The translations under genes and the position numbers were made by a program. From a virus (lineage: Duplodnaviria > Caudoviricetes): DNA of 52,834 nt. The stretch's first letter is position 1. Every line of letters starts with the position of its first letter. Where the stretch lies: the IMG/VR virus record IMGVR_UViG_3300023179_000144, positions 1 to 52,834 of that record. One strand, given 5' to 3'. Shown piece by piece: positions 25,776-36,223 of this stretch. A model generated the notes under the pieces. The model was not told the origin of the DNA. It searched no databases and saw only the letters and a list, made by a program, of their open reading frames with translations.

Positions 25776-26354
25776 TTAATTAACATCAGTAAAAGTAGAA
25801 TTTTTTCCAGAGTTTGTAAACCCTGTCAATGGCCTCCATCTTCTGAATGTAAAGTTAACATTGCAACGATGGAATTGGTCTCTGCTTCCCTGATTTAATT
25901 CCATCATGTTCATACTTCTTGGAAAAGCCTCTAGCAATTCAATCGCATAAACTCTCTTAGATTGATTATCGAGTTGATATATTTGTATAGTAGTTTTATA
26001 ATTATCGTTTAAGTTAACTGTAAATTGTTCAAAATCTACAATAGAAGCCATCCATTGATCAAAGAACTTCTTTTGAGTCATATTCTGATCAACTAGGAAT
26101 GTGAATGGCAACCCCTCACCACCAAACTCAATTGCATGAGGTCTTTGATGCGATGGTCCAAATATCTTTAATGGTCTAACTGAGATGCTAAGTTGAGGAA
26201 GAGTTGTCGATTCGCACATTAGAGAGATATCATTCCTTGTATCCCAAGCACCAGCTAAACTTGCAGGTGGAGAAATCACTACTTCAAAGTTATTAAGACG
26301 AGCTAATCCCTTTTTAAGTACATTCTGTTTAAAGTTATCTACGCTAAATAGCAT
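25776..26354 (-). CDS. Tail-tube-fold protein, gp54-like initiator
   Basis: GLARLNNFEVVI, MCESTTLP, FFDQWM, LLEAFP, VNFTFRRW. Confidence 0.75.
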   Translation of the reverse strand: MLFSVDNFKQNVLKKGLARLNNFEVVISPPASLAGAWDTRNDISLMCESTTLPQLSISVRPLKIFGPSHQRPHAIEFGGEGLPFTFLVDQNMTQKKFFDQWMASIVDFEQFTVNLNDNYKTTIQIYQLDNQSKRVYAIELLEAFPRSMNMMELNQGSRDQFHRCNVNFTFRRWRPLTGFTNSGKNSTFTDVN

Positions 26355-26926
26355 TAAATCATCCTCGAGGAGTCTCTCCAGACTTGGTTTTTATTAGCAC
26401 TTTCAAACCTTTCAATAGGTAGCATTGACATAACGACCCAATCATCTGGATTTATTTTTAAAAATCTACTTTGTACATGGTCGTTAAGATAATGCTTCAC
26501 ACATGGTATCACTGGTTTAAGTTTTGCAGCGCTTGATAGAATTTTCCAAGATAATGCTAACCTTCTATCCTCGTTTTTACTTACAGCATACTCATTCAAA
26601 GCACCCATCAATCTTAATCTTAAACCATAATTAAGATAATGGAGGTTAATCCCGTAAAATCCACCCTTTACTTTTCTAAAGGGGAATATAAGTGGAAAAG
26701 TATCGTAGTATGGCAACGTTTCTTTAGTTTTGGGATCATACATAAAGAGATACATTGATCCAACCAATACTCTATTCTCCAGCTGATTGGTTGCTCTAAG
26801 ATAAGTCTCAGGACGCTGAGTGCCAAGTTTTCTAATTTGATCTTGGAACCATGTTGCAGATCTTTTCTGATCTTGCGAGCTGATCTTAATCTTTTCTAAT
26901 TTGGAAAATGGATTTGCTGTAGCCAT
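26354..26926 (-). CDS. 2: DNA end protector gp2
   Basis: GSMYLFMYDPKTKETLPYYDTFPLIF, GINLHYL, CVKHYL. Confidence 0.92.
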   Translation of the reverse strand: MATANPFSKLEKIKISSQDQKRSATWFQDQIRKLGTQRPETYLRATNQLENRVLVGSMYLFMYDPKTKETLPYYDTFPLIFPFRKVKGGFYGINLHYLNYGLRLRLMGALNEYAVSKNEDRRLALSWKILSSAAKLKPVIPCVKHYLNDHVQSRFLKINPDDWVVMSMLPIERFESANKNQVWRDSSRMI

Positions 26927-26939
26927 TACAATATTTATC

Positions 26940-27386
26940 TCACTTTATTCCAAGCTCTTTTTCTGTTAATACCATAAACTTCCATCCCCTATCATCACAA
27001 AATTCCTTTGCTGATTTCCATTTTGCACTATTGACACCATATTGAAATACTTCATCAACAAATCTTTTAGTCTTTTTAGCAGGAATAGTAGGAGGTTTCG
27101 TTTGGCTATCTGGTTTGATTTCAATTAAATACTTTTGAATCTGACCATTGGAAGCTTTAACTTTAATATAAAAGTCTACAAAGTATCGATGAATCTTTTT
27201 ATCAAGTGGTGAAACGTAAGGAATCACTGCGATCTCTGAACCCCATTCAATAATAGAAGGATTCGAATCACACCATTTCATAAACCTTAATTCCCATGAA
27301 CTCCTAAAGATGATGCCGTGAACATCTCCAACATACTTGGATATATTTGTTGGTTTAAATTTACCTTTGTAGAACTGTTTAGCCAT
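26940..27386 (-). CDS. 4: Head completion nuclease gp4
   Basis: YKGKFKPTNISKYVGD, RSSWEL, HRYFVDF, EIKP, NSAKW; likely start ATG 27386. Confidence 0.93.
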   Translation of the reverse strand: MAKQFYKGKFKPTNISKYVGDVHGIIFRSSWELRFMKWCDSNPSIIEWGSEIAVIPYVSPLDKKIHRYFVDFYIKVKASNGQIQKYLIEIKPDSQTKPPTIPAKKTKRFVDEVFQYGVNSAKWKSAKEFCDDRGWKFMVLTEKELGIK

Positions 27387-27389
27387 GGG

Positions 27390-27431
27390 TATAAATATTC
27401 TCATTACTCTAATACTTACTATTTATAAATA
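27390..27431. promoter_or_regulatory. Divergent late promoters
   Basis: TATAAATA on + at 27390-27397 and 27424-27431, on - at 27420-27427 (palindrome TATTTATAAATA). Confidence 0.8.
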
Positions 27432-27439
27432 GGCCCCTA

Positions 27440-28591
27440 ATGGAAAAGAATTTTGCCTCAATGGAAGATTATAGAGATGTTGCGGATAGACAAGAACGCA
27501 ACAAAAATCTATATGATCCCAACCTTTCTCCCACGTATAGTTCGGGGCGCTATAACATTGGTTCAATGAGATATCCACAAGATATTGGTGAACAAGAAAA
27601 TCTTCAGTATGTTGCATTTTACATTAATGTAAGAGGAAAGTCCAAGTATAATCAAGATAATAGAATACAATCTATACCTTCTGAAGGTACTTCTAGCTTG
27701 ACTTCAGATCAAATGGCTGCTGGTGTAACTACTGCTGGAACAATCGCTGGTGCTGTTGGTGGAGTAGCTGTAGGTAATAAACTAGGCGTACAGACTACAC
27801 CAGGAAGAGTTGTTACTGGATCCGTTGGTACTGCAGTTGGCTTAGGTGGGACATTAGCATTTCAAAGCACCGAAATAGGTAGAGCAGATACTTCTCAAAG
27901 AATTAGTTCAGTTATTACTCTTTATGTTGATGCTCCTCCTTCTGTTACATATGGTGCAAAATATGCAAACCAAGATCTTGGAACCTTAGCTGGTTTGCTA
28001 TCACAAGGTGGTGCAGCTGTTGGCGATCTTCTAAGAAATTTTTATAATGCTGGATTTGATTCTAATTTTTTTAATAGTGCAGGTAATTTAGGTGGAATAG
28101 GTGCAGAAGGTGCTGGTGCTTTGTTATTACAACTTGCGCAGCTTCCAAGTGCATTTGGTTCTACTGATCTTAAAGCTCTTCAATCAGCTGCATCAAAAAC
28201 AACTACCAATCCATTTAGAGAAGTGCTGTTTGAGATGATGGACTTTAGATCGTTTAAATTTAAGTATAAGTTTATGCCAAGAAATGATAGTGAATTAAAT
28301 TCAGTAAAAAAGATTATTGATGAATTTAAGTTTCACATGCACCCAGAACTATCTAAAAACAAATTCTTTTTAATTTATCCTGCAGACTTCAATATTGTAT
28401 ATTACTTTAGAGGTTCTGCCAATGAATTTGTACATAAGATTGGAAGGTGTGTGCTCACAGACATGAGTGTAGAGTATGGAAGTGGTGAATATACTGCATT
28501 TAGTAATGGCAGCCCCTCAGAAATCAATATGGCTCTATCGTTCCAGGAAACAGAAATGCTTACCAAAGAACGTATTCTTGCTGGATACTAA
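27440..28591 (+). CDS. 48: Baseplate tail-tube cap gp48
   Basis: RYPQD, NPFREVLFEMMDFRSFKFKYKFMPRN, CVLTDMSVEY, LSFQETE. Confidence 0.88.
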   Translation: MEKNFASMEDYRDVADRQERNKNLYDPNLSPTYSSGRYNIGSMRYPQDIGEQENLQYVAFYINVRGKSKYNQDNRIQSIPSEGTSSLTSDQMAAGVTTAGTIAGAVGGVAVGNKLGVQTTPGRVVTGSVGTAVGLGGTLAFQSTEIGRADTSQRISSVITLYVDAPPSVTYGAKYANQDLGTLAGLLSQGGAAVGDLLRNFYNAGFDSNFFNSAGNLGGIGAEGAGALLLQLAQLPSAFGSTDLKALQSAASKTTTNPFREVLFEMMDFRSFKFKYKFMPRNDSELNSVKKIIDEFKFHMHPELSKNKFFLIYPADFNIVYYFRGSANEFVHKIGRCVLTDMSVEYGSGEYTAFSNGSPSEINMALSFQETEMLTKERILAGY

Positions 28592-28593
28592 TT

Positions 28594-29328
28594 ATGGCAT
28601 ATTTTACAAATTTTCCGATTGTTTATTATACACTTGATGATAGAAAATCAGTTAACCTCGTTCAAGACGTTCTTCGTAGAATCGTTATTGATCAAAGAGT
28701 ATTAGAAAATACTTTAATATTTGACGAATATGATATGGTTGAAGGCGAGACGTTGGAGATGGTTGCTGATAAGTTCTATAAAGATCCAAATATGTATTGG
28801 GTGATAGCACTTACAAACGATATACTTGATCCAAGATTTGATACTATATTAGGTTATAATGAATTTGAAAAGTTTATTAAATCCAAATATCCATCTAATG
28901 TTTTTTTAACAGCTAATGTTGCAAATTCTTTTTATATTAATGAAGTAATTACTGGATTATCATCTGGTGCAACAGCAAAGGTATATTCAAATATTACACT
29001 GTCCTCTAATCTTCAATACATTAACTTGAATGGTGCATTTGAGGCTGGTGAAGATATACAAGGATACTTAAGTAGAGCTAATGCAACGATAACATCTAAT
29101 AATCCACATGTTGTTGATTCTAGATTTAACACACATCATTATGAAAATGGCAACGGAATTATTGTAACATATGCCACATATGCAAATTCTACGGTTGCTA
29201 CAAAGAAAGAAGTGACAAACTATGACTATGAAGTTAATTTACAATCAGAAAAAAGAAGATTAAAAATTTTGAAGCCAGAATATGCATCTATAATTGTTAC
29301 AGAATTTGATAAGAAAATTTCATCATGA
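28594..29328 (+). CDS. 53: Baseplate wedge gp53
   Basis: MAYFTNFP, EGETLEMVADKFY...WVIALTN, VTNYDYE...KRRLKILKP. Confidence 0.9.
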   Translation: MAYFTNFPIVYYTLDDRKSVNLVQDVLRRIVIDQRVLENTLIFDEYDMVEGETLEMVADKFYKDPNMYWVIALTNDILDPRFDTILGYNEFEKFIKSKYPSNVFLTANVANSFYINEVITGLSSGATAKVYSNITLSSNLQYINLNGAFEAGEDIQGYLSRANATITSNNPHVVDSRFNTHHYENGNGIIVTYATYANSTVATKKEVTNYDYEVNLQSEKRRLKILKPEYASIIVTEFDKKISS

Positions 29329-30701
29329 GTGAATCAGGAATTGAGCCATTTTTACAGAAGCCTGGTTCTGTAAATTTATCTGAGATCTACATCTTATTGC
29401 CTGGTGGTAGGGCATTTGATCTTACTAGCTACATGATGGAATTTTCTTTTTTTGAAGATATATTCAGCAATACTATGTCTGGCTATATTGCTATTACCGA
29501 TAGCAGAAACCTTATTGCATCATTACCTATTGTTGGTGATGAGTATATTCATGTTAGCTTTATTACTCCTTCATTTCCTGAATCTTCAAGAATAAAAAGA
29601 GTATTCAAGGTATTTTCAATATCTAATAGAAAAATAATTAGAGATACAAGTACTACTGTTTATACATTAGAATTCTGTTCACCAGAATTAATTAAAGATA
29701 GTGCTGTAATATCTCATGATTTATTTGATGTCCCAAGTGTTGCACCTAATATTCCCAATTCTATCTTCAAAAAATATCTTGCTGCCCCAAGAGAAGCGAT
29801 TGTTGATCCAGAATCTTTAACGTGGTCATTTGGTCAAGAATCTTCAATCGATTATAATACTAAAGAAACTGCAAATAGTGCTAAAGTAATCATTCCTGGT
29901 TGGAGCCCATTAAAGGTTATAAATTGGATTGCATCTAGATCAGTTCCTCCAAATCTTCCTGCTTGTAACTATTTGTTCTATGAGAATAATAAAGGGTATA
30001 AATTCTATCAAGTTGAGCAGCTAATTAAGGATCAACTTTCTGCGCCTAGGGGACCATTCACTTATTATGGAACTGGCATTCCTGATAAGGATACAAGCGA
30101 CCTAATGACAAGAGTGCAAGCACTCGAATTTGATATATCTAATGATGCATTGAGGAATGCACATTCTGGTTACTTTGCAAACCAAATGATTACATTAGAT
30201 CTATTTAAGAAACAAGTAGATTATGTTAGATATGATCATGTTGGTGATTGGATAAAGTATACGCATACAAATGGTAATGAGAGCGTATTACCAACTTTCG
30301 GAAAAGATGTAAAGAGAGCAGCAGATGTATACACTAAAGTATATCCACTTAACTCTAAACTATTTCAGAATGCGCCTAAGGTAAATGGTCCTTCAGGAAT
30401 AAACAGTTCAACTGGAACAATATTTGGAAATAGGCATTCTAATATTCAAGATCTAACTAATCTAAAATTAAGAATATTAATTCCAGGAAGAACTGATCTC
30501 GGGGCAGGAAACTTAATTAAATTAAGAGTACCAAACCTAGCACCAAGAGATGAGACTGATTCATCAAAAGATTTATTTGATACTTTATACTCTGGTAATT
30601 ATTTAATTACATCTATTAGACATAAAATTATGGCTGGAGAACATATGATGACTTGTGAATTAGTAACTGACTCTTTATTAACTACTATGTTGGTTGCTTA
30701 A
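29325..30701 (+). CDS. Putative baseplate hub protein (gp27-like position and fold)
   Basis: FEDIFSNTMSG...DSRNLI...LPIVGDE, YLFYEN, SGNYLITSIRH; lies between 53 and 5. Confidence 0.6.
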   Translation: MSESGIEPFLQKPGSVNLSEIYILLPGGRAFDLTSYMMEFSFFEDIFSNTMSGYIAITDSRNLIASLPIVGDEYIHVSFITPSFPESSRIKRVFKVFSISNRKIIRDTSTTVYTLEFCSPELIKDSAVISHDLFDVPSVAPNIPNSIFKKYLAAPREAIVDPESLTWSFGQESSIDYNTKETANSAKVIIPGWSPLKVINWIASRSVPPNLPACNYLFYENNKGYKFYQVEQLIKDQLSAPRGPFTYYGTGIPDKDTSDLMTRVQALEFDISNDALRNAHSGYFANQMITLDLFKKQVDYVRYDHVGDWIKYTHTNGNESVLPTFGKDVKRAADVYTKVYPLNSKLFQNAPKVNGPSGINSSTGTIFGNRHSNIQDLTNLKLRILIPGRTDLGAGNLIKLRVPNLAPRDETDSSKDLFDTLYSGNYLITSIRHKIMAGEHMMTCELVTDSLLTTMLVA

Positions 30702-30703
30702 AT

Positions 30704-31816
30704 ATGAGTAAGCACATTTATCCAAACTTTAATTGGTGGATTGGCGTTGTAGAAGATAGAATGGATCCTGAAAAGATGGGTCGTGTGAGAGCTCGTATTT
30801 ACGGTTATCATACTCCAGATAAAGCAGCTCTACCTACAAAAGATTTGCCATGGGCATTTCCTATTCAACCTATTACATCTGGAGCAATTTCTGGAATAGG
30901 ATCTTCTCCACTCGGCCCTTTGCCTGGAACATGGGTTATAGGATTTTTCCTTGATGGCGAAGATATGCAACAGCCTGCATTCTTTGGTACTTTTGCAAGT
31001 AAGTTTACTGGAATATTCTTTAAATCAGATACATCTCCCCAACCATCTGTAAATATGAATGATGGAATATTGAGAGATCCAAAAACTAATGAGCCTATAT
31101 TAGATAAGAATGGAAATCCTCAACCGATTGCAGCACCTCCTACACCAGGTTGGACATTGGGTCAAACTTCAGAAAAGTATGAAAGTGGTGGCAGAGGTCC
31201 AGGAACAATCAATAATTACAAAGCGTCTAACGATGCAGGTGGTGCTTCCTATGGCACATATCAATTAGCATCATTCTTGCCTGCAACAAGACCAGACGGT
31301 AAATCTAGATCTGGCTCTTATGCAAAGAACTCTCCTGTATTACAGTATCTTGCAACATCTGGATATGGTGCACAATTTACTGGATTGGTGCCAGGTACAG
31401 ATGCGTTTGATGCAAAGTGGAAAGAGATAGCAGCAAAAGATGCAGATAATTTTAAAAGAAGCCAACACGATTTTATACAACGAACATATTACGAACCAAT
31501 GGCTGGCAAACTTAAATCAAAAGGTATAATAGATGCTAATAGTCACGGACCAGCTGTGAAGGATCTAATTTGGAGTACTGCAGTTCAATTTGGGCCAAAT
31601 GAAACATCTTTATTTGAAGTTCCTTTATCTGGTAAAAAAGAAAAAGACGACTTATCAATTGTTAAGCTAGTATCTCAGTATAAAATATCACAAGCTCCTA
31701 ATTATAGGGGGTTTAGTAGTGCTGGATTAGTTTCATCTGTTCAAAATAGATACAAGAATGAAGAGCAAGACTTAATTAAACTAGCATCTAACATTACTGG
31801 CGGCAATGTAGGATAA
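30704..31816 (+). CDS. 5: gp5 N-terminal part: OB fold plus lysozyme-like domain
   Basis: WWIGVVEDRMDPEKMGRVRAR...LPWA...GFFLDG...QQP, then SEKYESGG...DAGGASYGTYQL muramidase-like motif. Confidence 0.85.
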   Translation: MSKHIYPNFNWWIGVVEDRMDPEKMGRVRARIYGYHTPDKAALPTKDLPWAFPIQPITSGAISGIGSSPLGPLPGTWVIGFFLDGEDMQQPAFFGTFASKFTGIFFKSDTSPQPSVNMNDGILRDPKTNEPILDKNGNPQPIAAPPTPGWTLGQTSEKYESGGRGPGTINNYKASNDAGGASYGTYQLASFLPATRPDGKSRSGSYAKNSPVLQYLATSGYGAQFTGLVPGTDAFDAKWKEIAAKDADNFKRSQHDFIQRTYYEPMAGKLKSKGIIDANSHGPAVKDLIWSTAVQFGPNETSLFEVPLSGKKEKDDLSIVKLVSQYKISQAPNYRGFSSAGLVSSVQNRYKNEEQDLIKLASNITGGNVG

Positions 31817-31818
31817 TA

Positions 31819-33939
31819 ATGAGTACAACAAATATTAAAAATGTAGTCTTACAAGATTTAATCAATACAACGATTAATTCTTTACAACGTTCTTCGCTTA
31901 ATAATGTTCCAAATAATGTTCTTCAGCCAACATTAAATACTGTCCTTAATCCTCTTGCCACTCAGCTTGTAAACAATACAAACCAGACTCATCTTACTAC
32001 ACTTAATAGAGCAGATACTACGAGGATAGGCGTTAACAATCCATTTGATTTAATTAATAATAATTTTTCATCAAATCAAATATCAAATAACTTACTTACA
32101 TCATATCCATCTGGTTCAATTAATACCATTACTCAAAGTTTTGGTGACATTGCAACTAGAAACTTATTTAATCAATTACCAAATGTCTTCACACAAGGCG
32201 TTAGTTCTGAATCTATTAAACAAGGATTAACTAACGCACTAAAAGGCACTGTAAATGAATCATTGAATAAGATTACTGGACAATTTGTTAATGGATTGTT
32301 TGGTAAATCATTACCTCAAAATACATTTATTAATAATAATTCAATTGGTGCAATCGCTACTAACCCAAGTGTTGCCCTTTCTGACATTAATAATCAATAT
32401 GCACAAGGTATAACTTCTAAATATTTGGATTTTGCAGGAAACTTTGATCCTGGTAATCAAGAAAATAAAAATAAACTAGCTAATCAGAATTTTGGATTTT
32501 ATGATCCTACAGGTACCTATCCTGAAGAATCTTATAAAGATAAAAGTGAAGTTAATTTAGCAGCACAGGGAGAGATTACTCAACAGGTAAAAGAAAGAGA
32601 AGCAGATAGGCCAAAGATTCCTCAAGCAGGTGGTAGCAATTGGCAAGTCCCTCCACCGGCATTTAATGGAAAATATCCATACAATAAAGTTACACAGACT
32701 GAACGTGGTCACATATTTGAAGTAGACGACACACCAGGTTCCGAAAGACTTTTTTTCTATCATAGAAATGGAACCTATGTTGAAATAAATGCATTTGGGA
32801 CTATGGTTAGAAGAACAAAAGGTTCTGATTATACTATTGTTGATAGAAATGGTTATATTTCAATAGCAGGTAAATGTAGTGTATCAGTGGGTGGTTCAAC
32901 AAACATCTATGTAGGCAATGACGCAACGATTGAAGTTGGTGGTGATGTAGATCTAACCTGCCATAACGATATAGAGGCAAAGGCTGGTGGAAGGCTTAAG
33001 TTATCTGGTGCAGAGGCAGTAGATATTCGTGGCAAAAATGTTTACATTGAAGCTGATAGTCAATTACATTTGAAAGGTGATTCTGCAGCATTCCTATCAT
33101 CTCCTTCTGTGCAAATGAATGGAAGTAGCTCATTCAAAATAGGGTCTCCATCCTTTAGAGCAGGACCATTTTCTGTATCTTCGGCCTCATCCTCACAAGC
33201 ATCTGTATTAGATAGAAGAAAAACTGCTACAGAAACTAATATATCAGAATACGAACCTCCATCACCAAGAGACTCTCTTGCTTTGAAATGTGAAGATGAT
33301 GGGGCATCTGGAGATGAGCTTTCTGATCATCAGAAAGAATTAATTAGACAAGGTATTATTACTGAAGAAGATCTAAGAAAGCCACCAGTAGAGGGCGAAT
33401 CCTCAGATGTTAAATCTGGCAACGATAAAGAAATTGAAAAGTCTGGTTTTTGTGATAATTTAAAAGAGGCACCAGAATCATTTAAGCTATCTCCTAATTT
33501 TACTTTAGGAATGTTGTCATCGAAGGCACCATGTTCTCAAGATAAACTTGTAGCACAGCGTGGTCTAACTTATGGAAACATTTTAAGTAACCTAGAAGTT
33601 ATTGCTAAAAACATTTGCGAACCAGTGTTTAACCTTTATCCAAATATGCTTGTTACATCTGGATTCAGAAGTGAGGCAAATTGCACAGCAACTTCTCAGC
33701 ATGGCAAAGGGCAGGCAGTAGATATTCAAATAAGAGGAATTGCAAAGAGCGAATATTTCAATATTGCAAAAATTTTAGCACAATCTCTTAACTACGATCA
33801 ATTATTATTAGAATATTCTAATTATACTAATAACCCATGGATTCATATTTCTTTTGCCGCAGGTTCAAATAGAAAACAAGTGATGACATTCTATAATAAC
33901 AAAAAGCATTCAGATGGCCTTGTAAATTTGGCCACGTAA
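31819..33939 (+). CDS. gp5 C-terminal part: beta-helix spike plus C-terminal peptidase M15
   Basis: YPYNKVTQTERGHIFEVDDTPGSERL, VxG repeats, TSGFRS...SQHGKGQAVDI...WIHIS. Confidence 0.85.
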   Translation: MSTTNIKNVVLQDLINTTINSLQRSSLNNVPNNVLQPTLNTVLNPLATQLVNNTNQTHLTTLNRADTTRIGVNNPFDLINNNFSSNQISNNLLTSYPSGSINTITQSFGDIATRNLFNQLPNVFTQGVSSESIKQGLTNALKGTVNESLNKITGQFVNGLFGKSLPQNTFINNNSIGAIATNPSVALSDINNQYAQGITSKYLDFAGNFDPGNQENKNKLANQNFGFYDPTGTYPEESYKDKSEVNLAAQGEITQQVKEREADRPKIPQAGGSNWQVPPPAFNGKYPYNKVTQTERGHIFEVDDTPGSERLFFYHRNGTYVEINAFGTMVRRTKGSDYTIVDRNGYISIAGKCSVSVGGSTNIYVGNDATIEVGGDVDLTCHNDIEAKAGGRLKLSGAEAVDIRGKNVYIEADSQLHLKGDSAAFLSSPSVQMNGSSSFKIGSPSFRAGPFSVSSASSSQASVLDRRKTATETNISEYEPPSPRDSLALKCEDDGASGDELSDHQKELIRQGIITEEDLRKPPVEGESSDVKSGNDKEIEKSGFCDNLKEAPESFKLSPNFTLGMLSSKAPCSQDKLVAQRGLTYGNILSNLEVIAKNICEPVFNLYPNMLVTSGFRSEANCTATSQHGKGQAVDIQIRGIAKSEYFNIAKILAQSLNYDQLLLEYSNYTNNPWIHISFAAGSNRKQVMTFYNNKKHSDGLVNLAT

Positions 33940-33958
33940 TTCGAACATAAATATTAAG

Positions 33959-34363
33959 ATGTCTACAACAACAATCAATAGAAAAACAAAATTATATACT
34001 GATATAGATCTAGCTTTCTCTAAATCTATATCGGGTGATGTTGCTACCAAGTCTGATGAGAACGCAATTAAGGCAGCTCTCAAACATCTTATCTTGACTA
34101 TAAATTATGAGAGACCATTTCATCCTGAAATTGGATGCCAGGTCAACAACTTATTATTTGAACCGTTTGACCCTATAACACAAGCTATTATGGAGCAAAC
34201 GATTTACGATGTAGTAGCAAAGTTTGAGCCACGTGTTGAACTATTAAAGGTTAAGGTATCAAGCCAAGTAGATAGCAATGATGTACAAGTGTCTATTACG
34301 TTTAGAACTAGAAATAGTCCAACACCTATCAATTTTATTACTATATTAAATAGAGTTCGATAA
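33959..34363 (+). CDS. 25: Baseplate wedge gp25
   Basis: YTDIDLAF, ERPFHPEIG, FEPRV; cATAAATA late-type promoter upstream. Confidence 0.93.
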   Translation: MSTTTINRKTKLYTDIDLAFSKSISGDVATKSDENAIKAALKHLILTINYERPFHPEIGCQVNNLLFEPFDPITQAIMEQTIYDVVAKFEPRVELLKVKVSSQVDSNDVQVSITFRTRNSPTPINFITILNRVR

Positions 34364-36222
34364 TGGCAAATATTAGAGTCACAGAGCTTGATTTTGATCA
34401 AATCAAGAAGAATTTAAAAGAATATCTTAAGACGCAGACAACTTTTAATAGTTATGAGTATGAAGGTTCTGCATTATCTATTTTATTAGATATTCTTTCA
34501 TACAATACTCACTATAATGCATTCTTGGCAAATATGCTTGCCAACGAAATGTTCTTAGATAGTGCAGTAAAGCGGGCCTCTATTGTGTCGTTGGCTAAAC
34601 ATCTTGGATATACACCAAGATCAGCAAGAGGTGCAATTGGTAACATATCTTTCAGCATCACTTTAAATAATCCTTCAACAAACTATATCAATCTACCTAA
34701 AAATACAGTACTAACTGCATCGATTGGTGGCAATCCATTATCATTTTATAATTCAGAAGATGTAGTCGGCGAAAGAAATATTAATACATTTTCATTTGTT
34801 GGCGTTCCTATTAAAGAAGGTAGTGTACTAGATTATAACTTTACTGTTATTAATCCAGGACCTGCTGAAAAATACGTTATTCCAAATATAAATGTTGATA
34901 CCACATCAATAGTAGTTACTGTTCAAAATTCTTCTTCTGACTCTACTACTTACTACTATCAACATGCACTAGATGTAGCAAGTATTAATGGCACATCCAA
35001 AGTATACTTCCTTGATGAGAATAAGCAAGGGTTGTATGAGATATATTTTGGCGATAATGTATTTGGAAAGAAATTAGTAGCTGGAAATATTGTTAGAGTA
35101 TCATATGCAATTTGTAATGGGGCATTAGGAAATGCTACAGAAACTGAAGAAATTATATTTTCTTTGTCTTCGATAGCTGGCGTTGGTAATGTTAGTATAG
35201 ATTCTGGTAGCCTTGTAATTAATACAAGACCATCCAACGGTGCAGATATTGAAGGTGTAGAAAGTATTAAATTCAATGCGCCCAAATTTAGATCATCGCA
35301 GAATAGAGCAGTCACTGCAAATGATTATGCAGCAGTAATTAAGGCATCTAATCCTAATATTGAGAGTATTGCAGTTTGGGGTGGTGAGGAAAACAATCCA
35401 CCAACGTATGGCAAAGTGTTTATTGCAATTAAACCAACTACTGGTTATATCATTACAGACTCAGTAAAAGATTACATTAAGAATTATGTTCTTAAAGATA
35501 AAAAAGTAATGTCTGTAATTCCTGAGATTGTAGATCCAGATTATCTTTTTGTGAATTTAATTGTTGATATTACATATGATAGACTTGTAACATCTCTCAA
35601 TGCTGCAAAGATTCAGAATCTAGCAACTGGTGCAATTCAATTATACTTTGATAATGAATTAGAAAAGTTTAATAAACCATTATCATTTTCTAAGTTATTA
35701 AATACGATTGATACAACTACTACAGCTATTACAAGTACTATTATGTCTGTTGGGTTGCAAAGAAGAGTAAATGTTACTTTAAGTGCAAATAATCAATTTA
35801 TAGATTCTAATAATATTAAATTCTATAACAGGATTCATCCTAATTCTGTTAAGTCAACATACTTCTTTGTTCAATATGCTGGTGTATCAACAAAAGCGTA
35901 TATGAAAGATCAATCAGCATCTAATCCACCTAATTATGATGGATTAGGGGATATCTACTTGGTCAGAGAATCTGATGACTTAGTAATTAATGATCAGTTT
36001 GGTACGGTTAATTATAGAACTGGTGAAATTGAAATTCCGGAATTAATTCCTACAGCACTTCCAACTGGTACATCCGATTTAAGAATTAATGTTAGTGTTC
36101 AGCGTGCTTCATACAACTTAGCTACTCAAAAAAATCTTATTCTTACCTTAGACAATACTGATACTGATATAGATAAAGGAAGAACATCTGGACTCGTTGT
36201 AAACGTAACAGCAGAATCTTAA
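34363..36222 (+). CDS. 6: Baseplate wedge gp6
   Basis: TELDFDQIKKNL, YNTHYNAF...NEMFLDSA, SQNRAVTANDY, WGGEEN...YGKVFI. Confidence 0.95.
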   Translation: MANIRVTELDFDQIKKNLKEYLKTQTTFNSYEYEGSALSILLDILSYNTHYNAFLANMLANEMFLDSAVKRASIVSLAKHLGYTPRSARGAIGNISFSITLNNPSTNYINLPKNTVLTASIGGNPLSFYNSEDVVGERNINTFSFVGVPIKEGSVLDYNFTVINPGPAEKYVIPNINVDTTSIVVTVQNSSSDSTTYYYQHALDVASINGTSKVYFLDENKQGLYEIYFGDNVFGKKLVAGNIVRVSYAICNGALGNATETEEIIFSLSSIAGVGNVSIDSGSLVINTRPSNGADIEGVESIKFNAPKFRSSQNRAVTANDYAAVIKASNPNIESIAVWGGEENNPPTYGKVFIAIKPTTGYIITDSVKDYIKNYVLKDKKVMSVIPEIVDPDYLFVNLIVDITYDRLVTSLNAAKIQNLATGAIQLYFDNELEKFNKPLSFSKLLNTIDTTTTAITSTIMSVGLQRRVNVTLSANNQFIDSNNIKFYNRIHPNSVKSTYFFVQYAGVSTKAYMKDQSASNPPNYDGLGDIYLVRESDDLVINDQFGTVNYRTGEIEIPELIPTALPTGTSDLRINVSVQRASYNLATQKNLILTLDNTDTDIDKGRTSGLVVNVTAES

Positions 36223-36223
36223 T

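Noticed and set aside
26940-27404. TnsA transposase
   Set aside because: gp4 shares that nuclease fold; the gp2-gp4-gp48 context shows it is the head completion gene.
31814-31821. Stop-codon reassignment or read-through to explain the split genes
   Set aside because: The gp5 halves are in different frames, and core genes are intact under the standard code with all three stop codons in use.
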